DNA of 64,000 bases from an uncultured Deferribacteres bacterium. GTDB lineage: Bacteria > Zhuqueibacterota > Zhuqueibacteria > Zhuqueibacterales > Geothermadaptataceae. Each line of letters starts with the position of its first letter. Positions within the stretch are counted from its first letter, which is position 1. Below the pieces are notes generated by a model. It made no database searches. It was given only the letters and a program-made list of their open reading frames with translations, and was not told the DNA's origin. Positions 39,103 to 48,838 of the stretch are shown here, one piece after another. The position numbers and the translations under genes were made by a program. The stretch lies in NCBI GenBank assembly GCA_964014485.1, contig CAXHAT010000009.1, positions 1 to 64,000 of the forward strand, written 5' to 3'.

Positions 39103-39873
39103 TTGAATTCAAAAAACGAAGAACTCTACGTCGGCTACATTGACAAAGCGCCTGTTGGAATCGGTCGATTTATTAAGAAATTCACGCTTCTGTTGATCGT
39201 TGCTGCGCCGATTCTCTCTTTTATTCTCGTTTTTGCGCAAAACCAATTTTACCCCGTCGTTTTTGAATTTTTGAATTATCGCACTTTCGAAGGAACGGTC
39301 ATAGAAAAACCGTTTCCGATGCTGTTGGTTCAGCGTCCAGGCGAAAACGGCAATGCAACTGACGCCTCGCAATATTTCCTGGTCGCCGAAGGCAAGATTG
39401 GAGCGCAGGAAATGACCGCCGGACTTTCGGGCAAAAGAGTCTCGCTCGAAGGCGCGCTGATTTACCGCGATAATCAGACGATAATCGAAGTCAAGCCCAA
39501 CACGTTGAAGGAAGTTTCGAGCGCTGGCGCCGCGTCCAGCACCGGCGAATCGATGCAGTTGGGAACCGTGACGCTGGTTGGCGAAATTGTTGACAGCAAA
39601 TGTTTTTTCGGCGTGATGAATCCCGGCAATTTGAAAGTCCATCGATCTTGCGCCGTGCGCTGCATCAGCGGCGGCATACCTCCGGTTTTCGCGGTAAAAT
39701 CAACGCAAGGCGAAACGCATTATTTTTTGCTGACCGGAACGCAGGGCGAGGCAATCAACGACAAAATTCTCGACCGCATCGCCGAACCGCTTGAAATTAG
39801 CGGCGAACTTGTCTCGAACGGCGATAAGTTTGTATTCAAAGCCGCGCCAGAAAACTACCGTCGATTGGACTAA
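39103..39873 (+). CDS. Hypothetical membrane-anchored protein with Cys cluster
   Basis: N-terminal TM; GEIVDSKCFFGVMNPG..KVHRSCAVRCISGGIPP; TTG start with GGAG RBS. Confidence 0.8.
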   Translation: MNSKNEELYVGYIDKAPVGIGRFIKKFTLLLIVAAPILSFILVFAQNQFYPVVFEFLNYRTFEGTVIEKPFPMLLVQRPGENGNATDASQYFLVAEGKIGAQEMTAGLSGKRVSLEGALIYRDNQTIIEVKPNTLKEVSSAGAASSTGESMQLGTVTLVGEIVDSKCFFGVMNPGNLKVHRSCAVRCISGGIPPVFAVKSTQGETHYFLLTGTQGEAINDKILDRIAEPLEISGELVSNGDKFVFKAAPENYRRLD

Positions 39874-39921
39874 TCGCCCAAAAATGTTACGAGCGCGGTC
39901 TCGTCCCACATTCCCAAAACC

Positions 39922-40812
39922 ATGTCTGACGCGAAAACAGAAAAAATTTCCTTGCGCAACATCTTCGCTCGATTTCGCGCAAAGATTATTCTAACTTGGT
40001 TTTTGGTCATTTGTGAAGCCGGGCTTTTATTGCTGTTTCCGCTATTCATCGGAATCGCCATCGATGATTTTTTGGCGGATTCCTATCTTGGCTTGGTGCA
40101 GTTGGCTGGAATCGGCTTGCTTTCGCTCATCGTCGGCGCAGGGCGCAGATTCTATGACACGCGCGCCTACGCCAACATCTACACGACCATCGCGCCGGAG
40201 TTGGTTGAAAAAGAGAAAAAACGCGATGCATCGGTTTCCGTGGTTTCCGCCAGGGCTGGGCTGGCAACGGAATTTGTTGAGTTCTTTGAAAATTCTTTTC
40301 CGGAAATTATCAACAGCATCATCGCCCTCGGCGGCGCTTTGCTTATCATTCTGTTTCTCAATTTTAAAATTTTCATCGCTTGTTTGATCGTTACGGCGGT
40401 CATAGGTTTGATTTATTCGCTGACAAGCACCAAGACTTACCGTTTAAACAGGGGCTACAATGCGGAATTGGAAAAGCGCGTTAAAGTGTTGGAACAAGGC
40501 GATAAAAACGGCGTCGTCGGTCATTTCAAGAATGTGATGCGCTGGAACATCCGTCTTTCCGATTTGGAAACAACAAATTTTTCTTTGAGCTGGGTCTTTC
40601 TGATCGGCGTTTTGCTGTACGCTATTGTCGCGATTATCGAAAGCGGCGTGACGGCACACGGCAAAGTTTTTTCTATCTTAATGTATGTTTTTAATTATAT
40701 TGAGAGCGTTATTACTATGCCGCTCTTCTATCAACAGTTTGTCCGGCTAAAGGAAATTTCGCATCGTCTGGAAGGCTTGGATGAGCGGCAAACACCTCAA
40801 CAAGACATTTAA
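39922..40812 (+). CDS. Stand-alone ABC six-transmembrane domain protein
   Basis: LLFPLFIG.AID, RRFYDTR.Y, EFVEFFE, IRLSD.E; no nucleotide-binding domain. Confidence 0.78.
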   Translation: MSDAKTEKISLRNIFARFRAKIILTWFLVICEAGLLLLFPLFIGIAIDDFLADSYLGLVQLAGIGLLSLIVGAGRRFYDTRAYANIYTTIAPELVEKEKKRDASVSVVSARAGLATEFVEFFENSFPEIINSIIALGGALLIILFLNFKIFIACLIVTAVIGLIYSLTSTKTYRLNRGYNAELEKRVKVLEQGDKNGVVGHFKNVMRWNIRLSDLETTNFSLSWVFLIGVLLYAIVAIIESGVTAHGKVFSILMYVFNYIESVITMPLFYQQFVRLKEISHRLEGLDERQTPQQDI

Positions 40813-40842
40813 TCTGGCCTTCGAACAACAACCGGCATCACC

Positions 40843-41625
40843 ATGACAAAGCACGATTTTCCACAGATTGTTCAAGCCCCGGAAAACACGCTTGAAGAAA
40901 AAAAATACCTGGTTCGCTTCGCGCAGAACTCTGAGGATGTGGACGCAGTGCTCAGGTTACGCTTCGAGGTTTTCAATCTTGAACTTGGCGAAGGGTTGGA
41001 TGAATCCTTCGAAACGGAGCGCGATCAGGATCGCTTCGATTTTAGCTGTCATCACCTCATGGTGATTGAGCGCAAAACCGGAAACGTCATCGGCACTTAT
41101 CGGATGCAGACGCAAGAAATGGCGGCGACGGGGAACGGTTTTTATACTGCGACCGAGTATGATTTGACGCAAATGCCGGATGCAATTCTGAATGGCGTCG
41201 TCGAAGTTGGACGTGCATGCATCGCCAAGGCCCACCGCAACGGACGCGTGCTGTTTCTGCTATGGCGAGGTTTGGCGGCGTACATGTCCTTGTTTAAAAA
41301 ACAGTTTCTTTTTGGCTGCTGTTCTCTGACCAGTCAAGACCCGCATGAAGGCAAGCAAGTGATGGATTATTTGCAAAATCGCGGGCATGTACGAGATGAT
41401 TTCGCGGTTCCGGCGCTGCCCGGCTACGCTTGTTATGAAGAAAGTTTTATAAGCGAAAAGCAGATCAGAATTAAGATTCCAAAACTCTTCAAACTTTACC
41501 TGAACCTGGGGGCCAAAGTCTGCGGCCCTCCTGTCATTGACCGGCAGTTCAAAACAATCGATTATCTTGTCATCCTTGATATAAAAACAATGGACAATCG
41601 AACCCGGACGATGTATTTTGGGTAA
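40843..41625 (+). CDS. GNAT N-acyltransferase, OlsB-like
   Basis: LRFEVF..ELG, D.DRFD..CHHL, GTYR, VEVGRACI, LLWRGL, LFGCCS, PKLFKLY..LGAKVCG.P..D..F. Confidence 0.88.
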   Translation: MTKHDFPQIVQAPENTLEEKKYLVRFAQNSEDVDAVLRLRFEVFNLELGEGLDESFETERDQDRFDFSCHHLMVIERKTGNVIGTYRMQTQEMAATGNGFYTATEYDLTQMPDAILNGVVEVGRACIAKAHRNGRVLFLLWRGLAAYMSLFKKQFLFGCCSLTSQDPHEGKQVMDYLQNRGHVRDDFAVPALPGYACYEESFISEKQIRIKIPKLFKLYLNLGAKVCGPPVIDRQFKTIDYLVILDIKTMDNRTRTMYFG

Positions 41626-41859
41626 CTGATGTTACGCGTCTGCCAATAATCCATGCCGTAGCCTGGTTCTTGGCTGCGTCGAATAGTGCAATTGAGATTA
41701 AAGCTGTTTGACCCAAAAAACGTTTTTCAAGGTCATTCCTACAGAGGCAAAAATCCAGTGGTCATGCACCATTTTCTGGATTCCTGCCTCCGCAGAATGA
41801 CAGGTACAGCAAAGTTCTTAGTCAAATGCCATATCCTTGGCCAGCTGCGTAACATCAGT
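41625..41859. mobile_element. Element with family-W TIRs but a different GTCATTCC...GAATGAC core
   Basis: ACTGATGTTACGC / GCGTAACATCAGT perfect 13-bp IR; core at 41732-41801. Confidence 0.8.
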
Positions 41860-41899
41860 GGGTAACTTTAAAATCCTGTTTCAATAACCCGCGCACTTC

Positions 41900-42673
41900 A
41901 TGCGAACGCTTCGAGCCCTTTGGCGCATTCTTGCCTTTGTCGTTGTAAATCTCACACTCCTGCTCATTTTCCTGCTTGTGAAATTGTTCATTTTCAACAA
42001 TCCTGATCGCTATACGCGCTGGCGCAAATTCATGGTCAGAATTTGGGCGCAAAGCATCGCCTGGATTTTTAACGCCACTGTCGTTGTTGAAGGAAAACGG
42101 CCCAAAGCGCCTTATTTTCTCGTCTCAAATCATTTAAGTTACTTCGACATAATCGCCTATTATACGCAATTGCAGTGTATTTTCGTGGCCAGAGCGGATG
42201 TAAGAAACTGGCCTTTTTTTGGCGTGCTGACACGGTCCGTCAATACGCTCTTTATCGATCGCACGCTCAAGAAAGACGTGGTGCGCGTCAATAAACTGAT
42301 CGACGAGGCGATGGACAAATTTGGCGGCGTGATGTTTTTTCCGGAGGGAACAAGCACCAAAGGCGAAGAATTAGCTCCTTTCAAGGCGCCGCTGTTCGAA
42401 ATGGCGGCGAAGCGAGAAGCCCCCGTCTCTTGTGCATATTTACGGTACGACGGCAGTTCAAAAGATGCGCCGCCGCATCGCACAATCTGCTGGTGGGACG
42501 ACACGTCGTTTCCGCTTCACGTCTGGCGCTTACTCAAGACCACAAAAATCGTCGCGACCATTTCTTTTATACCTGGAACCATCAAATCGAACGACCGTAA
42601 AGTGCTGGCGCGCGAGACGTTCGAAAAAATTCAACAAAATTTTAAGCCGACATTCATCACGGAGTCTTCATGA
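41900..42673 (+). CDS. Lysophospholipid acyltransferase (PlsC/OlsA family)
   Basis: SNHLSYFD (HX4D), FIDR, FFPEGTS. Confidence 0.9.
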   Translation: MRTLRALWRILAFVVVNLTLLLIFLLVKLFIFNNPDRYTRWRKFMVRIWAQSIAWIFNATVVVEGKRPKAPYFLVSNHLSYFDIIAYYTQLQCIFVARADVRNWPFFGVLTRSVNTLFIDRTLKKDVVRVNKLIDEAMDKFGGVMFFPEGTSTKGEELAPFKAPLFEMAAKREAPVSCAYLRYDGSSKDAPPHRTICWWDDTSFPLHVWRLLKTTKIVATISFIPGTIKSNDRKVLARETFEKIQQNFKPTFITESS

Positions 42674-43200
42674 ACTGCGAAAAACTGATTCACGAAAATA
42701 TCGTCTTTTTGCAGCAAGGCGCCGACTTGCTGAATTCGATAGACGACCGCATTTACAACAAAACCGATTCAACTTGTTATGCCAGCGGAATCGGCAAGCA
42801 TATTCGGCACAATCTCGATCATTTCGACAATTTCCTCACGGGATTGCCGAAAAGCGCGATTGACTATGACGCGCGTTTGCGCGATAAAAACACGGAAAAC
42901 AGCCGGGGCGTCGCCGCTTCGAGAATAAAAAAAATCATCTCCCGCCTTGAAAAACTCACGGCCGCCGACCCAAGCCTAAAATTGCGCGTTGACATGAATC
43001 GAGAAGGCGACCGAATGAACTGGACTGAATCGACGCTGGCGCGCGAGCTGCAATTTCTCATCAGCCACACCGTTCATCACTACGCCATCATCGCAATGAT
43101 CCTCAAGATTCAAGGCGTCGATCTTCAGATTTCAGGATTCGGCGTAGCGCCATCAACGCTGAAATATGAGCGCGGCACACCCAGCGCCGAAGCTGCTTAA
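42670..43200 (+). CDS. DinB-family protein
   Basis: IGKHIRH, IDYDAR.R, RELQFLISHTVHHYA, FGVAPST; ATGA overlap with the upstream gene. Confidence 0.85.
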   Translation: MNCEKLIHENIVFLQQGADLLNSIDDRIYNKTDSTCYASGIGKHIRHNLDHFDNFLTGLPKSAIDYDARLRDKNTENSRGVAASRIKKIISRLEKLTAADPSLKLRVDMNREGDRMNWTESTLARELQFLISHTVHHYAIIAMILKIQGVDLQISGFGVAPSTLKYERGTPSAEAA

Positions 43201-43215
43201 GGTCACTGATAGTTC

Positions 43216-45822
43216 ATGATCCCAAAAATCCTCCGGTTTGCACGGCGACATTGGTTTCTCACTGGCTATAGCCTTTTGTTATTGTTTTCACACGTTTACC
43301 GAACATTTCAGCAAGCGCCGGTTTCCTATCCCGCAGAAAAGAAAATCACGGAAGTGCGCGTCGTTGATCAGGGCAAGCGTTTGGAAAGAACGGCTTTTTT
43401 TGCCTGGCGCGAATATTCACCCGCCGCCGTTGACAGCCTACCAATTGTCATTTTGCTTCACGGCAGCCCGATGGGGTCGGAAACATTCGACAACCTCGGG
43501 CCGGAATTAGGGAAAAATTTTCGCACCTTTTCCCTCGACCTTCCCGGATTTGGCCACTCGACGCGCAACCTCCCCGACTACTCAATTTCCGCCCACGGCG
43601 ATTACGTTTTGCAATTTATGCAGCAAAACGACTTGCCCGCCGCACACATTGTCGGCTATAGCATGGGCGGCGGCGTAGCGCTTCATCTCGGCGAGTCAGC
43701 GCCGGATCGTGTACGTTCTCTCACCATGCTCTCCGCCATCGGCGTGCAAGAAATGGAGTTGCTTGGCAATTTCCACATGAACCGCAGCGTCCATGCCGCA
43801 CAATACGCCGCGCTCTGGCTCTTACTGGAAGTCACGCCGCATTTCGGGCTGTTTGATGGCAGCATGTTGAACCTGCAATATGCTCGAAACTTCTACGACA
43901 CCGATCAACGGCCATTGCGTCGGCTGCTCCAGAATTGGCAGGGCCCGATGCTTATCCAGCACGGCGAAACAGATCGTTTTGTATCATTCGCGGTTGCAAA
44001 GGAACACCATCGAATTGTGCCGCAGAGCGAATTAGCCGTCTACCAAATCGGACACAATCTGGCATTTTCAAGCCGCGGCTGGCCCCAAGTCGCGCGTGAT
44101 TTGGTTCAATTTATTCGAAAAGTTGAACAAGGCGAAGCGCAATCGCGAGCGACAGCCGATCCTGCTCGAATAAGCGCAGCGGCGGAACCGTTTGATCCGG
44201 CGGTCATCCCCCCGGCTCAAGGAATTACCTGGCTGGTCATCGTATTGCTCATTGCCGTCGCGACGCTTATCAGCGAAGACCTGGCCTGCATTGGCGCCGG
44301 CCTGCTTGTCACCCAGGGCGTGCTCAGCTTTTTCAGCGGGTCGGCGGCGGCCTTCATGGGCATTTTCTGGGGCGATCTCCTGCTTTATTGGGCGGGAAAA
44401 TATTTTGGCGGGCCAATGCTCAACAAGGCGCCACTAAAATGGATGGTCAAGAAAAGCGACATTGAAAAAAGCGCCCGCTGGTTTGAAATGCGCGGCCCGG
44501 CCATTATCATCGCCAGTCGCTTTTTGCCCGGGAGCCGCCTGCCGACCTATGTCGCCGCCGGAATTTTGCAAATGGGATTTTGGCAGTTCGCCTTTTATCT
44601 CTTTGTCGCTGGCGTCGTCTGGACGCCCATTCTCGTTTGGCTGGCCATGGCGCTGGGCCAGCAGCTTTTTGAACTCTTCGACGTCTACCAAAAATACGCC
44701 CTGCCGACGCTCATCGGCGTGATCATTCTCATCTATCTTGTTTTTAAACTTATCGTTCCGATGCTGACGCACAAGGGTCGCCGTTTGCTTCTCTCCAAGT
44801 GGCACAGAACAACGCGCTGGGAATTTTGGCCGCCCTGGATTTTCTACGTCCCCGTGGTTTTCTACATCATCTACTTGAGCATAAAACATCGCAGCCTCAC
44901 GCTTTTTACTGCTGCAAATCCAGGCATTCCGGAAAGCGGGTTTGTTGGAGAATCAAAATCCAAAATCCTGCGCAAACTCGAAAACGCCGGGGAATTCGTC
45001 GCACGTTTTTTCCTAATACCAAACAATTTGCATCCCAACGAACGCATCGAATACGCCGAACGATTTATGGGCGACCACAGCTACGATTTTCCCATCGTGC
45101 TCAAACCCGACTCGGGCGAACGCGGCGAAGGCGTGGCGGTTGTTCGTTCAAAATACGAGCTGTCGAAATATTTGAGAGCGATTGAGCAGGACACGATCAT
45201 TCAAGAATATGCACCCGGCGAAGAATTCGGCGTGTTTTATATTCGCCGCCCCGGCGAGGAAAAGGGGATGATTTTTTCAATTACCGACAAACGTTTTCCA
45301 ACTGTCGTCGGCGACGGGCGGACGGAACTGGAAAGGCTGATTATCGATCACAAGCGCGCCGTTTCAATGGCGAGTTTCTATTTGGAAAAGCACCGCGAAA
45401 ACTTGCACATGATTCTTCCCGAAGGCGAGCGATTGCAGTTGGTGGAGTTAGGCACACATTGCCGCGGCGCGCTCTTTTTGGACGGCGCACAGCTCATTAC
45501 GCCTGCGTTAGAAATCAAAATCGACAAAATAAGCCGGCAATTCGAAGGTTTCTATTTTGGACGTTACGACATCCGTACGCCCTCACTGGAAGATTTTAAA
45601 AATGGTCGGAATTTCAAAATCGTTGAATTGAACGGCGTGACCTCCGAAGCGACGAATATTTACGACCCCAAGAATTCTCTCACATCGGCGTATCGCACGC
45701 TCATGATGCAATGGAGAGCCGCGTTTGAAATTGGAGAACTCAACCGGCAAAACGGCCATCATCCAGCAACAATCTCTCGAATTGTCATACTGCTCAAGGC
45801 GCGCTTTTTCTCCGACGCTTGA
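43216..45822 (+). CDS. Three-domain fusion: alpha/beta hydrolase + DedA/VTT + ATP-grasp
   Basis: HGSP / GYSMGG / HGETD / GH; SEDLAC..GD...RFLPGSR; WEFWP, ANP, KPDSGERGEGV, QEY, GRYD, ELNG. Confidence 0.88.
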   Translation: MIPKILRFARRHWFLTGYSLLLLFSHVYRTFQQAPVSYPAEKKITEVRVVDQGKRLERTAFFAWREYSPAAVDSLPIVILLHGSPMGSETFDNLGPELGKNFRTFSLDLPGFGHSTRNLPDYSISAHGDYVLQFMQQNDLPAAHIVGYSMGGGVALHLGESAPDRVRSLTMLSAIGVQEMELLGNFHMNRSVHAAQYAALWLLLEVTPHFGLFDGSMLNLQYARNFYDTDQRPLRRLLQNWQGPMLIQHGETDRFVSFAVAKEHHRIVPQSELAVYQIGHNLAFSSRGWPQVARDLVQFIRKVEQGEAQSRATADPARISAAAEPFDPAVIPPAQGITWLVIVLLIAVATLISEDLACIGAGLLVTQGVLSFFSGSAAAFMGIFWGDLLLYWAGKYFGGPMLNKAPLKWMVKKSDIEKSARWFEMRGPAIIIASRFLPGSRLPTYVAAGILQMGFWQFAFYLFVAGVVWTPILVWLAMALGQQLFELFDVYQKYALPTLIGVIILIYLVFKLIVPMLTHKGRRLLLSKWHRTTRWEFWPPWIFYVPVVFYIIYLSIKHRSLTLFTAANPGIPESGFVGESKSKILRKLENAGEFVARFFLIPNNLHPNERIEYAERFMGDHSYDFPIVLKPDSGERGEGVAVVRSKYELSKYLRAIEQDTIIQEYAPGEEFGVFYIRRPGEEKGMIFSITDKRFPTVVGDGRTELERLIIDHKRAVSMASFYLEKHRENLHMILPEGERLQLVELGTHCRGALFLDGAQLITPALEIKIDKISRQFEGFYFGRYDIRTPSLEDFKNGRNFKIVELNGVTSEATNIYDPKNSLTSAYRTLMMQWRAAFEIGELNRQNGHHPATISRIVILLKARFFSDA

Positions 45823-46068
45823 TCTCAGCCTCATCAAACACAGGAAACACTTGTTTTTTAGCTATATTTTCCGCTTTTTCTCACGCCTTAATTCTCGCCG
45901 TTCTCTCGACGAGCAAATCGAATGCTGAATTCGTCCTTTCGGCCCAACCCCGCCCAAAGCACGCGACTTGAGCAACTTATTCAAATAAAAATTCAGGTAA
46001 AGTCAGAGCGCGAAACGCACAATCTTGCTCAAAGCGCTTTTTAGAAATTGATGCCTGAAGGAGTTTTT

Positions 46069-47805
46069 ATGTCCGAATCTTCTTCAACGCCCCTTGATTT
46101 TCAAGGATTTGACCTCCTGCCCCCAATCCTAAAAGCATTGGACGACGTTGGCTATGAAACGCCGTCGCCGATTCAAGCGCAGACCATCCCGATCATTTTA
46201 TCCGGCAAGGACGTGATCGGCCAGGCGCAAACCGGGACGGGAAAAACGGCGGCGTTTGCGCTGCCTTTGCTCTCGCGAATCCAGCTAAAGGAAAAACTGC
46301 CGCAGGTTTTGGTGCTCGCGCCAACGCGAGAATTGGCCATTCAGGTTGCGGAGGCGTTTCAACGCTATGCTGCACGACTAAAAAACTTTCATGTATTGCC
46401 GGTTTACGGCGGTCAAGATTACAGCCTGCAACTACGGCAATTAAAGCGAGGCGTTCATGTTGTCGTCGGCACGCCCGGGCGGGTTATGGACCACATTCGA
46501 CGGGGTTCGCTTGAGCTTGAAGGCCTCGATTGTCTCGTGCTCGATGAAGCCGATGAAATGCTACGCATGGGATTTCTGGACGATGTTGAGTGGATTCTCG
46601 AGCAAACGCCTCCGGAACGACAAATCGCGCTTTTTTCCGCAACGATGCCGCAAGCAATTCGGCGCATCGCGCAAAAACACCTGCAATCGCCGGAAGAAAT
46701 TACGATTGAAGCGCAAACGGCCACTGTTGAAACGACCCGGCAACGTTACCTGATCGTCAGCGGGCGGCACAAGCTGGACGCACTCACACGCTTACTCGAG
46801 TCCGAAATCTCTGACGGCATGATCGTTTTTGTGCGAACCAAAACCGCCACAATTGAACTCGCGGAAAAATTGCAGGCGCGCGGCTATAATTCCGCGGCGC
46901 TCAACGGAGACATTAAGCAGAGCCAGCGCGAACGCACGATCGGTCGTTTCAAAAAAGGCGATCTCGACATTTTGGTCGCGACGGATGTTGCAGCGCGCGG
47001 CCTGGACGTGGATCGTGTTAGTCATGTCATCAATTACGACGTGCCGTACGACACCGAATCATACGTGCATCGCATTGGCCGCACGGGCAGAGCAGGGCGC
47101 TCAGGCGAAGCAGTCTTGTTCATCGCGCCGCGCGAGCAACGGTTGCTCCGTTCCATTGAAAAGGCGACGAATCAGAAGATTGAGGTGATGCAGCGCCCGT
47201 CGACGAGCGCGATTAACGAAATGCGCGTGGCCAATTTTAAGCAGAAAATCACGGACACGCTGGCCAACGGCGATCTTGATTTTTTCCGACGCCTGGTGGA
47301 GCAGTACCAGCAGGAATATGACGTTCCCATGCAGGAAATCGCCGCCGGGCTTGCGCAACTGGTACAGGGCGACCAGCCATTGCTGCTATCCAATAAACCA
47401 GAGGCCGACACAAGTTTTCGCGAGGAATCGTCCAAAAAGGGACGTGCGGAATTCAAGCAAAGAGATTCGCTTTATCAGCCAGACCAAGGCATGGCGCGTT
47501 TTCGCGTTGACGTTGGGCATAAGAACAAGGTAAAGCCCGGCAATATTGTCGGCGCCGTCGCCAACGAAATCGGTTTAGACCCGGAATTTATTGGTCGAAT
47601 CAATATTTACAGCCATTTCAGCACGGTTGATTTGCCGGAAGATTTGCCTCGGAATCTGCTGCATATTTTGAAAAAGGCAAGGGTCGTTGGCAAACCGCTC
47701 AACATCGCGCGCATGGACGCCAATGACAAAAAAGCGCAGGAGAAAAAACGCAAGAAATTCAAGAAAAAGAGGAAAAAGCGTAAAGCAGCGGCGCCGCACA
47801 GTTAG
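46069..47805 (+). CDS. deaD: DEAD-box RNA helicase DeaD/CsdA
   Basis: Q motif, AQTGTGKT, PTRELA, DEAD, SAT, HRIGRTGR, DbpA-type RNA-binding C-domain. Confidence 0.93.
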   Translation: MSESSSTPLDFQGFDLLPPILKALDDVGYETPSPIQAQTIPIILSGKDVIGQAQTGTGKTAAFALPLLSRIQLKEKLPQVLVLAPTRELAIQVAEAFQRYAARLKNFHVLPVYGGQDYSLQLRQLKRGVHVVVGTPGRVMDHIRRGSLELEGLDCLVLDEADEMLRMGFLDDVEWILEQTPPERQIALFSATMPQAIRRIAQKHLQSPEEITIEAQTATVETTRQRYLIVSGRHKLDALTRLLESEISDGMIVFVRTKTATIELAEKLQARGYNSAALNGDIKQSQRERTIGRFKKGDLDILVATDVAARGLDVDRVSHVINYDVPYDTESYVHRIGRTGRAGRSGEAVLFIAPREQRLLRSIEKATNQKIEVMQRPSTSAINEMRVANFKQKITDTLANGDLDFFRRLVEQYQQEYDVPMQEIAAGLAQLVQGDQPLLLSNKPEADTSFREESSKKGRAEFKQRDSLYQPDQGMARFRVDVGHKNKVKPGNIVGAVANEIGLDPEFIGRINIYSHFSTVDLPEDLPRNLLHILKKARVVGKPLNIARMDANDKKAQEKKRKKFKKKRKKRKAAAPHS

Positions 47806-47816
47806 AAAGGTGAGAT

Positions 47817-47969
47817 GGAGTGCATGGCTTGCTATTCCGTCGAGTTAAAGGGGGCTGTCCAAAAACATAATATTTTATGGCGTCACACAACATATCGTAG
47901 GAGTTCAAGATTTTGCACCCCTACATATAGTATGTCTCTCATTCGCAAACCATGCTTTGAGACAGCCCC
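47817..47969. mobile_element. Family Y element (47851-47969, reverse) next to a GGAGTGC half-repeat (47817-47840)
   Basis: GGGGCTGTCCAAAAACAT...ATGCTTTGAGACAGCCCC around GTAGGAGTTCAAGATTTTGCACCCCTAC. Confidence 0.78.
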
Positions 47970-47989
47970 ACTCTTTGTTCCGCGACGAC

Positions 47990-48793
47990 TCAACTCCCTG
48001 TTGACCGATAATGCCGCACGCCGACTTTCCAGAATTGAAGCGCGATTGTGAGAAAAATGAGCCCAACGACAGGTGAGCCGTACAGGACAAAATCCGGTAC
48101 GGCCATGTCTGTTGTTTTTCCTGTAATCGCCGTCGCCGGGTAGTAGTTCACGAACGCCAGCGGCAGAACATAAGTAAAAAACTTTCGAAACCAGGGCTTG
48201 TAGATTTTCATTGGGTAAGAAGCCGTTTCCACCCCGCCGTAGGTCGTGATGTTCGCCAACTCCAGACTTTCCGTCGTCCAGAAAGCGGCGGTTGCTTGCA
48301 AAACCAAGAGACCGTAGAAAAAACAACTCCCGCCCAAAATGCTGCACGCTAAAAAAAACGTTTTCCCCACAGTCCACTCGATTCCCAGCGTCTGACTTGC
48401 CCAGATCAGGACGACAAATCCCTGCATAAACCTGCCGACCCTCTTGAGCGTGAGTTCCTGCCCCGCCAATTGCAGCGCCGTGCTGCGCGGCCTCAGGAGC
48501 AAGCGGTCAAAATCGCCAGACTTGACCATATTGCCGAATAAATCAAAACCGCGAGAAGTTGCGTCGGTCAACGCGAAGGCGCTGTTGACCATGCCGTAAA
48601 GAAGCGCGACTTCGGCCAGGCTCCAGCCCGCCAAATTTTCGAAACGATTGAACAGCGCCCAAATGCCAAAGAACTCGATTCCGTTAATCAAAAACTGCCC
48701 GAGTGTTTGCATGATAAATGAAGCGCGATATTGCATCTGGCTTCGTATCGACACGCTGATATAAGCAAGGTAAACTTTGAAGGCGTTTATCAT
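47990..48793 (-). CDS. ABC-2 family (DUF990-type) permease
   Basis: SQMQYRASF, GW...E, GDFDRLLLRP, YPMKIY, LPLAFVNYYP, YRSTGS. Confidence 0.88.
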   Translation of the reverse strand: MINAFKVYLAYISVSIRSQMQYRASFIMQTLGQFLINGIEFFGIWALFNRFENLAGWSLAEVALLYGMVNSAFALTDATSRGFDLFGNMVKSGDFDRLLLRPRSTALQLAGQELTLKRVGRFMQGFVVLIWASQTLGIEWTVGKTFFLACSILGGSCFFYGLLVLQATAAFWTTESLELANITTYGGVETASYPMKIYKPWFRKFFTYVLPLAFVNYYPATAITGKTTDMAVPDFVLYGSPVVGLIFLTIALQFWKVGVRHYRSTGS

Positions 48794-48838
48794 GGCGTTT
48801 TCTGGCGCAAATCAGCTCATTTTGAACCGGAACGCCCC

